Part shown: piece after piece, positions 26,788 to 37,113 of the stretch | Numbering within the stretch: position 1 is the first letter of the stretch | Layout of the letters: each line of letters starts with the position of its first letter | Assembly: GCA_003518055.1 (NCBI GenBank) | Contig: DOZJ01000006.1 | Location: 43,837 to 107,836 of the forward strand | DNA from: Candidatus Falkowbacteria bacterium | GTDB lineage: Bacteria > Patescibacteriota > Patescibacteriia > UBA11705 | Length of the DNA stretch: 64,000 bases | Direction of reading: 5' to 3' | The notes under the pieces: model-generated | What the model saw: the letters and a program-made list of their open reading frames with translations, nothing else | What the model was told of the DNA's origin: nothing | Databases searched by the model: none | Program-made: the position numbers and the translations under genes

Positions 26788-26816
26788 TTGACAAAATTGG
26801 ATATTGCTGGTATTAT
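26788..26816 (+). promoter_or_regulatory. sigma70-type promoter TTGACA-17-TATTAT
   Basis: near-perfect consensus, downstream AGGAGG RBS. Confidence 0.6.
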
Positions 26817-26850
26817 TTGAAGTCAAAACCTCAAACAACTAGGAGGCGGC

Positions 26851-27417
26851 ATGAAACCGAATCGAGGTGAAAGAGTCTTGGCACTGGCGTATGAGCTTTG
26901 GAAGTTGATGAGTCGAGAGACGGATGTTTGGGCTGAGGCTATTTTTGATTGTGAGGAGCAGCTAGCTGTTTATTTGTCAGAGTGTCTGCATTTTCAAGAG
27001 TTTGGACCAAACGTGATTACGGCGGGCTGGAAGAAGGTGGCTCAGGATGCGGGCTCGAATTATCAAATCCCCGATGAGATTTATTGTGATCCTCGGTTGC
27101 AGAGCGCGCTGGATAGTGAGGCTTCGAATGATTTTTACAATATTACGGTGGTTGATATTGATGGCATCAAACGGATGTTCAACGGTGATATTCCTTTTTT
27201 GGCTATTCTTCCGCTTGATGATGAAATCATGACCAGCCTGTGGGGGCTTTATTCCGGGGCTGAAATGCATGATTGTCTATTGGCGGCTTTGACTGAGTTC
27301 AATAAAAAGAATTCGTGTCTCCGAATTGAATTTGCTGTTTTTCACGGAGAAATGGATGACCAAGGTTGTTTGATTCTGGCGTTCAATGATCAGGCTCGGT
27401 GGTTTTATAAGATTTGA
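26851..27417 (+). CDS. hypothetical protein
   Basis: 188 aa behind perfect promoter 26788-26816 and AGGAGG RBS; ends ARWFYKI. Confidence 0.45.
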   Translation: MKPNRGERVLALAYELWKLMSRETDVWAEAIFDCEEQLAVYLSECLHFQEFGPNVITAGWKKVAQDAGSNYQIPDEIYCDPRLQSALDSEASNDFYNITVVDIDGIKRMFNGDIPFLAILPLDDEIMTSLWGLYSGAEMHDCLLAALTEFNKKNSCLRIEFAVFHGEMDDQGCLILAFNDQARWFYKI

Positions 27418-27442
27418 GAAGACAAAAAGTCTTCTTTTTTTT
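27418..27442 (+). terminator. intrinsic terminator (GAAGAC-AAAAA-GTCTTC-T8)
   Basis: hand-folded. Confidence 0.65.
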
Positions 27443-27446
27443 ATAA

Positions 27447-27474
27447 CAAAACAGCAGGTTAAAACCTGCTGTTT
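27447..27474 (-). terminator. gyrB terminator (9-bp stem ACAGCAGGT/ACCTGCTGT, loop TAAA)
   Basis: hand-folded; T-run on minus strand. Confidence 0.55.
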
Positions 27475-27485
27475 GGATGTTTGGT

Positions 27486-29573
27486 TTAGATGTCGAGATT
27501 TTTCACAGTTTTGGCGTGCGTTTGGATAAAGCGTTTGCGGGGCGCAACTTCCGAGCCCATCAGGATGTCGAAAATTTGATCGGCTTTTTCGCCGTCTTCG
27601 ACGGTGACTTTTTTGAGCACGCGATTGGCCGGATCCATGGTGGTGTTCCAGAGCTGATCCGGATTCATTTCGCCGAGACCTTTGTAGCGCTGGATGTTGA
27701 CGCCTTTGAGCGCTTCATCATGAATTTCAATGTGTTCAACCACGGAGTCATCAGAAGTTTCGGTTTCCGGCTCAGTCTCGTCGGTTTCAACCGGTTTTTT
27801 GGCTGGTGTTTCGTCTTTGATTTTTTTGAATTTTTCCAGCACCTGCTCCAATTCTTCGTCAGAGTAAACATACTCGGCCACTTTGCCTTTTTTGACTTGG
27901 TAGAGAGGCGGTTGAGCAATGTATAGATTGCCATGGTAAATCAGTGGGCTGAAATATCGGAAGAATAAAGTTAATAGTAGGGTTCGAATGTGAGCGCCGT
28001 CAACGTCGGCATCAGTCATAATAATGACCTTGCCGTAGCGGAGGTTTTCAATGTTCATCTGCTCGCCAAAATTGGTGCCAAGAGCAATAATGAGCGATTT
28101 AACTTCATTGTTGGCCAACATTTTGTCGATGCGGGCTTTTTCAATGTTGATGATTTTACCTCGAAGCGGAAGGATGGCTTGAAATTCTCGGTTGCGGCCT
28201 TGTTTGGCTGAGCCGCCGGCCGAGTCGCCCTCGACGATATACAATTCACACTTGTCAGGTTCTCGTGATGAGCAGTCAGCCAGTTTACCGGGGAGAGATA
28301 AACTTTCGAGTACGCCTTTGCGCAGAACCGTATCACGGGCCGCTCGGGACGCTTTGCGGGCTTGGGCGGCGAGGAGCGATTTCCCGATGATGGCTTCGGC
28401 GTCTTTGGGGTGTTCTTCCAAAAATATTTCCAGCGATTCGGTTACCAGCTGGTCAACGACGGGTTTTACTTCGGCGTTGCCGAGTTTGGCTTTGGTTTGG
28501 CCTTCGAATTGAGGATCTTTGACTTTGATCGAGATGATTGACGTCAAACCCTCACGGACGTCGTCGCCGGAGAGATTTTCATCTTTTTCTTTGAGTAGAT
28601 TGTGTTTGCGTGCGTAGGAATTGAGCGTTCGGGTCAAGGCGGTGCGGAAACCGGCCACGTGCGTGCCGCCTTCGGGGTTGATGATATTGTTGGTGAAGGC
28701 GATGACGGTTTCAGTGAATTCTTGAATATAGCGAATGGCCACTTCGACTTGAATATCGTCGGCGGTTTTGTCAACATAAAAAATATTGTCATGGGCCGGT
28801 TTGTCTTGGCGGTTCAAATGACGAACATATGATCCAATACCGCCTTCGAAGAAGAACGAGAATTGTTTTCTGTTTTGGGGATCTCTCAGATCAAAAGCCA
28901 TAATCCGTATACCCTTGGTAAGATAGGCTTGCTGGCGCAAATAAGTTAAAACTTTGTCCCAGCTGAATTCAGTAACAGTGAAAATAGTTTTGTCAGGTAA
29001 AAATGATACCGAAGTTCCGTTGGTAAAAGATTCTTCCGGCGCCCATGGGTCGATTTTTTTCGGTTTAGTTACCGGTCCGACAAGTTTGACTTTTTTTTGC
29101 GGGATGCCGATGTGAAATTCCTGCTCATAAATATTGCCGTCGCGGCGGATGACGGCTCTGGTCCAAGTGGATAAAGCATTGACCACGGATACGCCGACAC
29201 CATGGAGGCCGCCGGAAACTTTGTAGCCGCCTTGACCGAATTTACCGCCGGCGTGAAGTTTGGTCATAACCGTTTCCAAGGCTGAAACGCCGGTCGCTTT
29301 GTGTTTTTCGACCGGAATGCCGCGGCCATTGTCAATGACCGTGACTGAATTGTCCGAATTGATTTTGACCACGATGTCAGTACAAAAACCGGCCATGGCT
29401 TCATCGATGGAATTGTTGACAACTTCCCAAATTAAATGGTGCAGACCTTCGCTTGCCGTATTGCCGATATACATACCGGGCCGTTTGCGCACCGGATCCA
29501 AACCTTCAAGTACGGTAATTTGTTCAGCGCCGTATTCGTCGGCGCCTTTTTGGACGGATTTTTTTGGTGACAT
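27486..29573 (-). CDS. gyrB: DNA gyrase subunit B (type IIA topoisomerase ATPase subunit)
   Basis: GHKL ATPase, EGDSAGG, PLRGKILN, acidic C-terminal insert then TOPRIM/tail. Confidence 0.8.
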   Translation of the reverse strand: MSPKKSVQKGADEYGAEQITVLEGLDPVRKRPGMYIGNTASEGLHHLIWEVVNNSIDEAMAGFCTDIVVKINSDNSVTVIDNGRGIPVEKHKATGVSALETVMTKLHAGGKFGQGGYKVSGGLHGVGVSVVNALSTWTRAVIRRDGNIYEQEFHIGIPQKKVKLVGPVTKPKKIDPWAPEESFTNGTSVSFLPDKTIFTVTEFSWDKVLTYLRQQAYLTKGIRIMAFDLRDPQNRKQFSFFFEGGIGSYVRHLNRQDKPAHDNIFYVDKTADDIQVEVAIRYIQEFTETVIAFTNNIINPEGGTHVAGFRTALTRTLNSYARKHNLLKEKDENLSGDDVREGLTSIISIKVKDPQFEGQTKAKLGNAEVKPVVDQLVTESLEIFLEEHPKDAEAIIGKSLLAAQARKASRAARDTVLRKGVLESLSLPGKLADCSSREPDKCELYIVEGDSAGGSAKQGRNREFQAILPLRGKIINIEKARIDKMLANNEVKSLIIALGTNFGEQMNIENLRYGKVIIMTDADVDGAHIRTLLLTLFFRYFSPLIYHGNLYIAQPPLYQVKKGKVAEYVYSDEELEQVLEKFKKIKDETPAKKPVETDETEPETETSDDSVVEHIEIHDEALKGVNIQRYKGLGEMNPDQLWNTTMDPANRVLKKVTVEDGEKADQIFDILMGSEVAPRKRFIQTHAKTVKNLDI

Positions 29574-29728
29574 ATTAAAAATAGCTTTTAGCCATTAGCT
29601 TGTAGCTTTTAGGGTAAATGATTGTTAAATATATAGCTATAATAGCAGAGAGAGTAAAATTTGTTAAGTAAAATTAGAAATAATATGTTCATAACATTTT
29701 GGCTGAATGGGAATAAAGTGGTATAATT

Positions 29729-30733
29729 TTGATAATTGGAATGGGTAAAATTAAGACAAGAAACGACCGAGTAGAGAGAGAGCCGTCATCAGCTGGGCGG
29801 CGCGCAGAAAAATTAAGCGGCTATATTGACATGTTTGGTCAAAACAAAACAACAACTCCGCCGAAAACCGAATATACGCCGACCGGGACTCAGTTGTCGG
29901 CGGACAAATTAAAGTTCGGTTATTGGTTTGTGAAACATCGATTAATGATTCGACGGATTTTTATTTTGACTCTCGTAGGGGTGGATGCAATTTTGGTCAT
30001 TGCGGTTTTATATGGTTTCTTGAATTTGTTTTTGTTGTCTCGAGCGACAGAGCAAAGGATGGAGCTCGAGTTGTCAGCGCCCAAACTGAGTTATGACACG
30101 TTGTGGCAAATCAACCAGCCAATAGCGTTAGTTGTATCCGGCTCCGGGGCGTTTGTGAATGGGGCGGGCAAGTATGATTTTTGGGCGGAAGTGGAAAATA
30201 CCAATGCCAACTGGTATGCCAAAGAAGTTAAATATCATTTTGAAGCCGGGGAGACGGTGACCGCCACTAAAATTGATTATATTTTACCGGCCTCGGTTCA
30301 TTATATTCTTGATTTGGGTGCTGAGACGCAGGCGGCTCCAAATGCGGTTTTGGTGCTTGAAGACGTGAAGTGGGAGAAGGTGGCGGATTATGAAAAATTA
30401 CGAGATAAAATTTTAAATATAGAAGTACTGGAACCGAGGTTTATTCCAAGCGGTCAAAGCACATTGTCCGGCAATACCGGCGTCAGTCGAGTGGAGTTCA
30501 AAGCGAAAAACAGCAGCGCATATAATTTTTGGCAAATAGATTTTGTGGTGATGTTGATTCGAGGTAATTCCGCTGTCTTTATCAACAAAGTTCCGGTACG
30601 GGATTTTCGATCAGGGCAGGAAAAGAATATTTCATTTAATATTTATCAAAATTTGTCCGGCACCGGCGAGGTCAGAGTGCTGCCGGCCGTGGACATATTA
30701 AATCCGGAGAGTTTTCGCGGGTTTGATTTGTGA
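29729..30733 (+). CDS. hypothetical membrane-anchored protein
   Basis: single TM (ILTLVGVDAILVIAVLYGFLNLFLL) then ~230-aa extracytoplasmic region. Confidence 0.45.
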   Translation: MIIGMGKIKTRNDRVEREPSSAGRRAEKLSGYIDMFGQNKTTTPPKTEYTPTGTQLSADKLKFGYWFVKHRLMIRRIFILTLVGVDAILVIAVLYGFLNLFLLSRATEQRMELELSAPKLSYDTLWQINQPIALVVSGSGAFVNGAGKYDFWAEVENTNANWYAKEVKYHFEAGETVTATKIDYILPASVHYILDLGAETQAAPNAVLVLEDVKWEKVADYEKLRDKILNIEVLEPRFIPSGQSTLSGNTGVSRVEFKAKNSSAYNFWQIDFVVMLIRGNSAVFINKVPVRDFRSGQEKNISFNIYQNLSGTGEVRVLPAVDILNPESFRGFDL

Positions 30734-30947
30734 CTTGATCAAAGTTTAAAGCCTTCGATCTTGTTTGTGTTTCCGGTTTGGCAAAGGGGAATGTTCATAT
30801 AAATTCGGCGAATTGAGTTTATACTGTGACTGCGGAGATTCCGCATTTTTTGTTAAATTGAATTTTGGGGATAAATGGGCTACAATTGGGGTACTTGTGA
30901 GGGAAGAAAAATAAATGGGTTATAGGTTATAACCAGAAAAATTATTT

Positions 30948-32045
30948 ATGGTGATTGGTTCGCTGTCGGAAAAACTAAGAAAATTTGATTGGGTGCTTTT
31001 TGGCGCTGTTTTTTTGATGTTGGTGATCGGTTTTACGGCGCTGTATTCGGTCAGTCTGGGACAAGAACCGTTGGATTTTTCCAATGTTAAAAAACAAATT
31101 ATTTTTGCTGTTGTGGGGATGTTGTTTTTGTTTGTCGCCAGTTTATTCAATTATTCCGCATTCAGATTATATAGCCGATATTTGTTCTTGCTCAGTTTGA
31201 TTCTATTAGTTGCGGTTTTATTGTTCGGGTCAACAATTCGCGGGACGACGGGCTGGCTGTCTATATTTGGCTGGCGGTTTCAACCGGTGGAATTGGTGAA
31301 AATCGCGTTGATATTATTTTTGGCCAGATTTTTCGCTCATCGATACCAGCAATTTCAGGAGCCTCGGCATCTTGTGGTCAGTTTTGTCGGTACAATTATT
31401 ATGGTTGGATTGGTTTTGCTTCAGCCGGATGTTGGATCGGCGGCGGTGTTGTTTGGCATCTGGTTGATTATGTTGATTCTTTCCGGCGTGCGGGTTCGGT
31501 ATTTATTGATGATGGGACTCATAATGCTGGTCGCAATTACATCCATGTGGGGTTTTGGGTTGAAGGATTATCAAAAGGATCGAGTTTTGACTTTTATTGA
31601 TCCCACGCTTGATCCCCTTGGCAGCGGTTATAATGTAACTCAAGCTATTATCGCGGTCGGTTCGGGCGGATTTTGGGGCCGGGGATTGGGTTTTGGCTCC
31701 CAGAGTCAGCTCAAATTTATTCCGGAAAGCCAGACTGACTTTGTGTTCGCGGTGGTGGCGGAGGAATTGGGATTTTTTGGCGTAACTTTGTTGCTCGGAT
31801 TGTGGGTGTTGATTTTTTACCGGTTAATCCGAATCGCCAAACGAGCCAGAGATGATTTCGGGATGTATATGGTGCTCGGGATCAGCGCGATGTTTTTTAT
31901 TCATTTAATGGTTAATGTGGGCATGAATATGGGCTTGCTGCCGGTTACCGGTATTTCTTTGCCGTTTGTCAGTCTCGGGGGCAGTTTTTTGCTGACCAGT
32001 CTGTTCACGATTGGGATGGCTCAGAGCGTGGCGGTGAATACGTGA
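30948..32045 (+). CDS. SEDS-family peptidoglycan glycosyltransferase FtsW/RodA
   Basis: 10 TM profile; GSGGFWGRGLGFGSQSQLKFIPESQTDFVFAVVAEELGFFG hallmark. Confidence 0.85.
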   Translation: MVIGSLSEKLRKFDWVLFGAVFLMLVIGFTALYSVSLGQEPLDFSNVKKQIIFAVVGMLFLFVASLFNYSAFRLYSRYLFLLSLILLVAVLLFGSTIRGTTGWLSIFGWRFQPVELVKIALILFLARFFAHRYQQFQEPRHLVVSFVGTIIMVGLVLLQPDVGSAAVLFGIWLIMLILSGVRVRYLLMMGLIMLVAITSMWGFGLKDYQKDRVLTFIDPTLDPLGSGYNVTQAIIAVGSGGFWGRGLGFGSQSQLKFIPESQTDFVFAVVAEELGFFGVTLLLGLWVLIFYRLIRIAKRARDDFGMYMVLGISAMFFIHLMVNVGMNMGLLPVTGISLPFVSLGGSFLLTSLFTIGMAQSVAVNT

Positions 32046-32087
32046 GTTAGGCGAAAGGCTAATTTGACCAAATAACCAACAACCGAT

Positions 32088-32600
32088 ATGAAACTGAAAG
32101 ATAAAAGCAACTTACTTCTGTTTATATTACCAATCTTATTCGTTGCACTTCATTATTTTGTTTACTTAGGAAATTATCAGTCACCTTTTGATGGTAACGA
32201 AGCATTTCCAGATTGGTTTATTCTAGTCAGTAATGATCCAGAGCCGCTGAATATAGAAAAAATAGTCCGATCAAAATCTGTCTATCCAAACTATTTTCAT
32301 CCATTCCAAAATTTTGAATATCACTATACAGAAAAATCAGGCAATGAAACTGTTATTATAGAACAAGGATCGATGTTTTCGACCGACATGAAAACTATCG
32401 CTGGTGATCCAGCTACTTACGACGAAGAAAATGTTGACGGAATGTTTTATCGGGGATTTGGAGTCGGAGATTATCCAAACGAACTATTTTTTCTAGTTCA
32501 GTACTTAATAATCGTTGTTTTTGTCTTAATTAATGTTAAGAAAATCATCAAATTTAAGAATCAAATTCGCCACCAAACTTCAGTTATTCATGGACGTTAA
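32088..32600 (+). CDS. hypothetical membrane protein (AT-rich gene)
   Basis: N- and C-terminal TM helices; no motif. Confidence 0.35.
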   Translation: MKLKDKSNLLLFILPILFVALHYFVYLGNYQSPFDGNEAFPDWFILVSNDPEPLNIEKIVRSKSVYPNYFHPFQNFEYHYTEKSGNETVIIEQGSMFSTDMKTIAGDPATYDEENVDGMFYRGFGVGDYPNELFFLVQYLIIVVFVLINVKKIIKFKNQIRHQTSVIHGR

Positions 32601-32707
32601 ATAAAAGTGGAAGTGGTGAAGTGGCAGAATTGACGCGTTTGAGTCGGTTTTTGACTTTGCCGCCGATAATAGCTATACTTAAATTATAAGCAGAAACGAG
32701 ATATAAT

Positions 32708-33028
32708 ATGATGAATAATCAAGATCAGCTGAAAATAATTTCCAATTGTCCGGTTTGCGACAGCCGAAACTTTCCGTCGCAGATCAAAATATTACAAGAA
32801 AGAGAAAATTCTCATTTGCTCTATGTCCAATGCCGCCGCTGCAAAAGCCGCGTGCTGGTGTTGATTACAGCGCATCCAAACGGGATCAGTTCAATCGGAC
32901 TGCTGACGGATTTGAGCAGCGACGAGGTGATCAAATTTTCAACTCAAGAGCCGATAAACCACGATGACGTTTTGGAGTTTTATGAGCAATTATATGCGGC
33001 CAAGAAGGATTTTTTTGAGGTAATTTAG
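32708..33028 (+). CDS. hypothetical small protein with CPVC...CRRC zinc-ribbon-like pairs
   Basis: two CxxC pairs 30 aa apart; terminator follows. Confidence 0.4.
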   Translation: MMNNQDQLKIISNCPVCDSRNFPSQIKILQERENSHLLYVQCRRCKSRVLVLITAHPNGISSIGLLTDLSSDEVIKFSTQEPINHDDVLEFYEQLYAAKKDFFEVI

Positions 33029-33047
33029 ATAAAAAATATTTAATTTG

Positions 33048-33076
33048 ATCTCTGCTTGGGGCAGAGATTTTTTTTC
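33048..33076 (+). terminator. intrinsic terminator (ATCTCTGC-TTGGG-GCAGAGAT-T8)
   Basis: hand-folded. Confidence 0.65.
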
Positions 33077-33081
33077 AAGAA

Positions 33082-33110
33082 TTGACAAAGACTGGAGATT
33101 GGTTTATAAT
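33082..33110 (+). promoter_or_regulatory. sigma70-type promoter TTGACA-17-TATAAT for rplY
   Basis: perfect consensus. Confidence 0.65.
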
Positions 33111-33140
33111 CGGGGATGTTTAATCAATAAATATTACTTT

Positions 33141-33827
33141 ATGCAAGTATTCAATGTGGCTGCGGCCAAACGATTGGAGATGGGCAAAAAAGTCAAAACG
33201 CTGCGAGCTGAAGGCCAGTGTCCGGCGGTGATTTACGGTCCGGAGTTAAAGGAAAATGTGTATATCAAGATGCGTGAAGCGGATATGCGCAAATTGTACA
33301 ATGAGGCCGGTGAGAGCAGCATTATCAACTTGACGGTTGAGGGTGCGAAAGAACCGATGGAGGTTTTGATCAAGGATGTTGAGTATGATCCGATTACACA
33401 GTTTGTGACCCATGTTGATTTTTATAAAATCAAGCGCGGTCAGAAAATTGAAGCTTCGGTTGAACTCAAATTCATTGGTGAAGCTCCGGCGGTTAAAATT
33501 TTGGGCGGTGTCTTGGTGGTGTCTATCGATGAAGTGACCATCAAGTGTTTGCCAAAAGATTTGATGTCGGAAATTCAAGTAGATTTGAGCGGATTGAAGA
33601 CGTTTGAAGATTCAATTCACATCAAGGATTTGAATTTGACTGAGGGCGTGGAAATCATGGCTGATGCCAATGAGACCGTAGCCGCCGTGTCTGAGATCAA
33701 GGAAGAAGTGATTGAAGATAAAGCGCCGGTGGTGGATATGCCAAAGCCTGAAGAAGGTAAAGAAGGAAAAGAGGGTGATGACAAAGCTAAAACCGAGGAA
33801 AAGCCAGCTGGAAATCAGAAAAAGTAA
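33141..33827 (+). CDS. rplY: 50S ribosomal protein L25 / general stress protein Ctc (long form)
   Basis: L25 beta-barrel (RAEGQCPAVIYG...) plus C-terminal extension and acidic/Lys tail; behind perfect promoter. Confidence 0.8.
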   Translation: MQVFNVAAAKRLEMGKKVKTLRAEGQCPAVIYGPELKENVYIKMREADMRKLYNEAGESSIINLTVEGAKEPMEVLIKDVEYDPITQFVTHVDFYKIKRGQKIEASVELKFIGEAPAVKILGGVLVVSIDEVTIKCLPKDLMSEIQVDLSGLKTFEDSIHIKDLNLTEGVEIMADANETVAAVSEIKEEVIEDKAPVVDMPKPEEGKEGKEGDDKAKTEEKPAGNQKK

Positions 33828-33948
33828 GAATTTAACGTTAAGTTGTTTCAGATAAAAGAATGCCGTATAATTGAGATGCGGCGTTCTTTGTTTTAAATTG
33901 ATGATTGGTGAATAGTTTGAAAACAAGATATATATAGTAAAATATTAA

Positions 33949-35049
33949 TTGATAATATCCATGACGAAAAAAAATGACCAGCAGAAATTTATGATTCCGG
34001 TTAAGTATATTTGGGCGGCGGGGATTGGTGTCGGGGGGGTGATAATAATCGCGGCCGTTTTTTGGTTTTGGCCGAGAAATCAGAATATTCAGCCGACAAA
34101 TAATAATGAATCAAACGAACAGGTTGCTGTGGAGTGTGATTTCCGCGGTAATTTGGATGGGTTGTGTCGGGAATTTGAGGACAAAGCCATACCGATAGCG
34201 GTGATGATTGATAATCACGCGGAGGCGCGGCCGCCGGTTGGAATTGATAAAGCGTCGGTGGTGTTTGAAGCGATTGCCGAGGGTACAATTACTCGGCTGG
34301 TAGCGGTGTTTGATTCAAATACCGTGCCAACCGATATTGGTCCGGTCAGATCGGCTCGGCCGTATTTTGTTGATTACGCGACCGAGTTTGGCGCGGTTTA
34401 TGTCCATGTCGGCGGCAGCGATGACGCCTTGGCGTTGCTCAGGAGTCGAGCATCGGTTTATGATTTGAATGAATTTTCGAATGGTCAATATTTTTGGCGT
34501 GATAATTCTCGGTACGCGCCGCACAACGTAATGACATCGAGTGAATTGGTGAAAAGAGCGATGACGGCCAAATCGTGGCCGACTGAGGGTGCGTTTGGGG
34601 TCTGGGTTTTCCGGCCGGAAGCGGAGTTGGATAATCGAGGCCGGATGACAAGCGCGTATATTGATTATCGCAGCCCAGCGCATAATGTGTTGTGGGAATA
34701 CAACCGAGACTTAAATGTTTATGAGCGCAGTCAAGGCGGACGTAAGCATAAAACTGCCGACGGTAGCCAACTCATGGCCAAAAATATCGCGGTGATTTAC
34801 TCGGAAAGTGCGCCAATTGATGATTACGGCCGGCGTGAAACCCAAACAATCGGTTCGGGCCGCGCCGTGGTGCTGCAAGAGGGGCTGGTGATCGAGGCTG
34901 AGTGGAGACGGGATAATTTGAATCAGCGAACTCGATTTTATCACAAACAAACACAGGCCGAGATCAGTTTTGTGCCGGGGCAGACGTGGATTGAAATTTT
35001 GCCGGATCATTTTCCGGATTTAACTATTGAATATCCTGATGAAGAATAA
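33949..35049 (+). CDS. DUF3048-like (YerB-like) membrane-anchored protein
   Basis: N-terminal TM then EARPPVGIDKASVVFEAIAEGTITRLVAVF, which I recall as DUF3048-type. Confidence 0.5.
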   Translation: MIISMTKKNDQQKFMIPVKYIWAAGIGVGGVIIIAAVFWFWPRNQNIQPTNNNESNEQVAVECDFRGNLDGLCREFEDKAIPIAVMIDNHAEARPPVGIDKASVVFEAIAEGTITRLVAVFDSNTVPTDIGPVRSARPYFVDYATEFGAVYVHVGGSDDALALLRSRASVYDLNEFSNGQYFWRDNSRYAPHNVMTSSELVKRAMTAKSWPTEGAFGVWVFRPEAELDNRGRMTSAYIDYRSPAHNVLWEYNRDLNVYERSQGGRKHKTADGSQLMAKNIAVIYSESAPIDDYGRRETQTIGSGRAVVLQEGLVIEAEWRRDNLNQRTRFYHKQTQAEISFVPGQTWIEILPDHFPDLTIEYPDEE

Positions 35050-35761
35050 TTTAAACAATTTGTGGTGGCTGATTTTGGTGGTAATATTCGGGTCGGCAGC
35101 CTTGATTTGGGTTTATAATTTGGTTCAAGGCCGAAATCTAGCCAAACCGCCGGTGTTTGATTTGTCGATATACTCTGAAATGAGGCTGCCGTCTCCGGAT
35201 GAGGTGTTCAAAGGCGCGTGGATTGAAGAGGATCAGCTGATTGAAAAACAACTTGAAACGGAGAGTGTGGTGCCGAATGATAAGGCGGATGATTTTGTGT
35301 ATCAGTTCAACAGCCTTTATTTTACTCGATATTTCACAGGTAAAACGCCGGACGAGACAAATAAAAATATCAAAAATTTTGTTAATGATTTTCCGTGGCT
35401 GGCATCATTTGAAATTAGAGATTTGGCGGCGCGGAAATGTTTCGTGGTGGTTCTAACTTTGGCGCCGGAGAAGCGAGGCGCGACGTTGTCATGGCTCAAA
35501 TCAGAGCCGTCGGTGGCGTCGGTTGAACCAAGTTCTAATGGAGCGCCGGAGTTTGATTTGTGTTTCAAGGCGGATCAGTATAGATTGATGGTGGAAGAAT
35601 TTTTGATTGACAATAACGTGACTTTGGTTGAACCGGAAAAGCCGATGGAGTATGCGGCTGTGATTAATCTCGGGGATGGGTTTGTAAAATATAAAACTGA
35701 GCTTGATCTATTGCAGAAAGAGTATTCGGATGTGGTGAAGGTGGTGGGGGGTGAACTGTAA
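35027..35761 (+). CDS. hypothetical membrane-anchored protein
   Basis: N-terminal TM (WWLILVVIFGSAALIWVY); 4-nt overlap with upstream gene (operon). Confidence 0.4.
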   Translation: MNILMKNNLNNLWWLILVVIFGSAALIWVYNLVQGRNLAKPPVFDLSIYSEMRLPSPDEVFKGAWIEEDQLIEKQLETESVVPNDKADDFVYQFNSLYFTRYFTGKTPDETNKNIKNFVNDFPWLASFEIRDLAARKCFVVVLTLAPEKRGATLSWLKSEPSVASVEPSSNGAPEFDLCFKADQYRLMVEEFLIDNNVTLVEPEKPMEYAAVINLGDGFVKYKTELDLLQKEYSDVVKVVGGEL

Positions 35762-35905
35762 CTACCCGCCTACGCTCTTACTTCCACCTACGCATAACGC
35801 TTATGCCTTCGCTAAAGCTATGGCATACAGGTCGGTGGACAGGGCGTAGAGCTACGGCGCCTGCCTGCCGGTAGGCAGGGGCGCGGCGGAAGTTTGGCGG
35901 GGTAA
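35762..35905. repeat. GC-rich dispersed repeat copy (CTACGCTCTTAC...GTAGAGCTACGGCGCCTGCCTGCCGGTAGGCAGGGGCGCGGCGGAAGTTTGGCGGGG)
   Basis: shares >40 nt with 1831-1880. Confidence 0.7.
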
Positions 35906-36005
35906 TGGCAAGTTTTAGTTAGGGTTATAGCAAGCAATCTTGACGAGGTTGTTTTTTGTTCATATGATTTGGTGGTGACAGTCACCATCAAGAGGAGGGC
36001 GGATA

Positions 36006-36332
36006 ATGACCAAAGCCAATGAGATGAGTTTTTGTGAGCTGGTTAATGATCAATTAAGTACTGATTTGGAAGTATGGTGGGAGTTTAGCCGTCGATTTAT
36101 GTGTTGTTATGTCGATTCACGTCTGCCGGAAGAAAAAAAATCCGGTTCGAGAGAAATGATTGAAATGATGAAGAATACGCGGCCGGTGTTGTATCACATG
36201 GCGATAGCTGTCAGTCAGCATTTTCATGTTGAATTGACCATGGCAGAAATTTTGGATGGGCAAAGAAGAGCTCAGGCTGAGAATGAAGACAGATATGCCC
36301 GAGGGCATATGGTGAGCGATCCGAGAGATTGA
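36006..36332 (+). CDS. hypothetical protein (Cys/Trp-rich, EVWWEF)
   Basis: strong RBS AAGAGGAGGG; no motif. Confidence 0.4.
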   Translation: MTKANEMSFCELVNDQLSTDLEVWWEFSRRFMCCYVDSRLPEEKKSGSREMIEMMKNTRPVLYHMAIAVSQHFHVELTMAEILDGQRRAQAENEDRYARGHMVSDPRD

Positions 36333-36396
36333 GTTAATTGAATTTGAATAAAAAAATCACGAAAAATCGTGATTTGTTTTTATATTATATTTCAGC

Positions 36397-37095
36397 TTAT
36401 TCTGTTAAAACCATGAGTGAGTAGCCGCCAAGCAGCCGGACGGTAAAATCAGGGTTAAGTTTGAATAATATTCGGCGGGGGAGGCGGAGTAGGCGGGAAC
36501 TCAGAGATTTGGCGGGCAGATCAATGGATCCGGCGGTATAAAAATAGTCAATGATTTTGTAGCCGGTCTCGGTCAAAGACGCGAGAGCCGTGTCTTTGGT
36601 GAAGTAGTGGAGATGACCAACATCGCGGCGCTGGTCGATTATCGGACGGCCGCGCAGGACTGATTGAGCTGATAGATCAAGCGGCAGATGAAAGATTTTA
36701 TATTTACCTTTGGTCCGAAGCTGCCGCAGGAAGGACAGATAGTCTTCAACATGTTCGACCACATCAATCGCTAGGACAAGATCGTAGCTGATATTCGGTT
36801 CGGTTAGAAGGTCTTTTAGGTGAAATTTCAGCCGGTCGTTTTGTTTTGGCCGGCACAACTCGATCGCTTGAGGCGATAGTTCATAACCGGTAAAGATGGT
36901 GGTGTCCGGCAGTTGTTGATAAAGCTGATTGAGAATTTCACCCGCGCCGCAGCCTATTTCCGCGATTGATAGGGAAGTTAGGTTGTTTTGGCGCATCATT
37001 TTGAGAATTTGGCCGGCTTTCCACGGAGAATCCTCGACATGCCAAGTGGGATTTTTTTCCAGGTATTCATTTGAGGTATACATCTGATCGCTCAT
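36397..37095 (-). CDS. class I SAM-dependent methyltransferase
   Basis: motif I IAEIGCGAGEIL, post-I acidic, LAIDVVEHVED motif. Confidence 0.7.
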   Translation of the reverse strand: MSDQMYTSNEYLEKNPTWHVEDSPWKAGQILKMMRQNNLTSLSIAEIGCGAGEILNQLYQQLPDTTIFTGYELSPQAIELCRPKQNDRLKFHLKDLLTEPNISYDLVLAIDVVEHVEDYLSFLRQLRTKGKYKIFHLPLDLSAQSVLRGRPIIDQRRDVGHLHYFTKDTALASLTETGYKIIDYFYTAGSIDLPAKSLSSRLLRLPRRILFKLNPDFTVRLLGGYSLMVLTE

Positions 37096-37113
37096 AAAAT
37101 TTAGGTTAGATGA

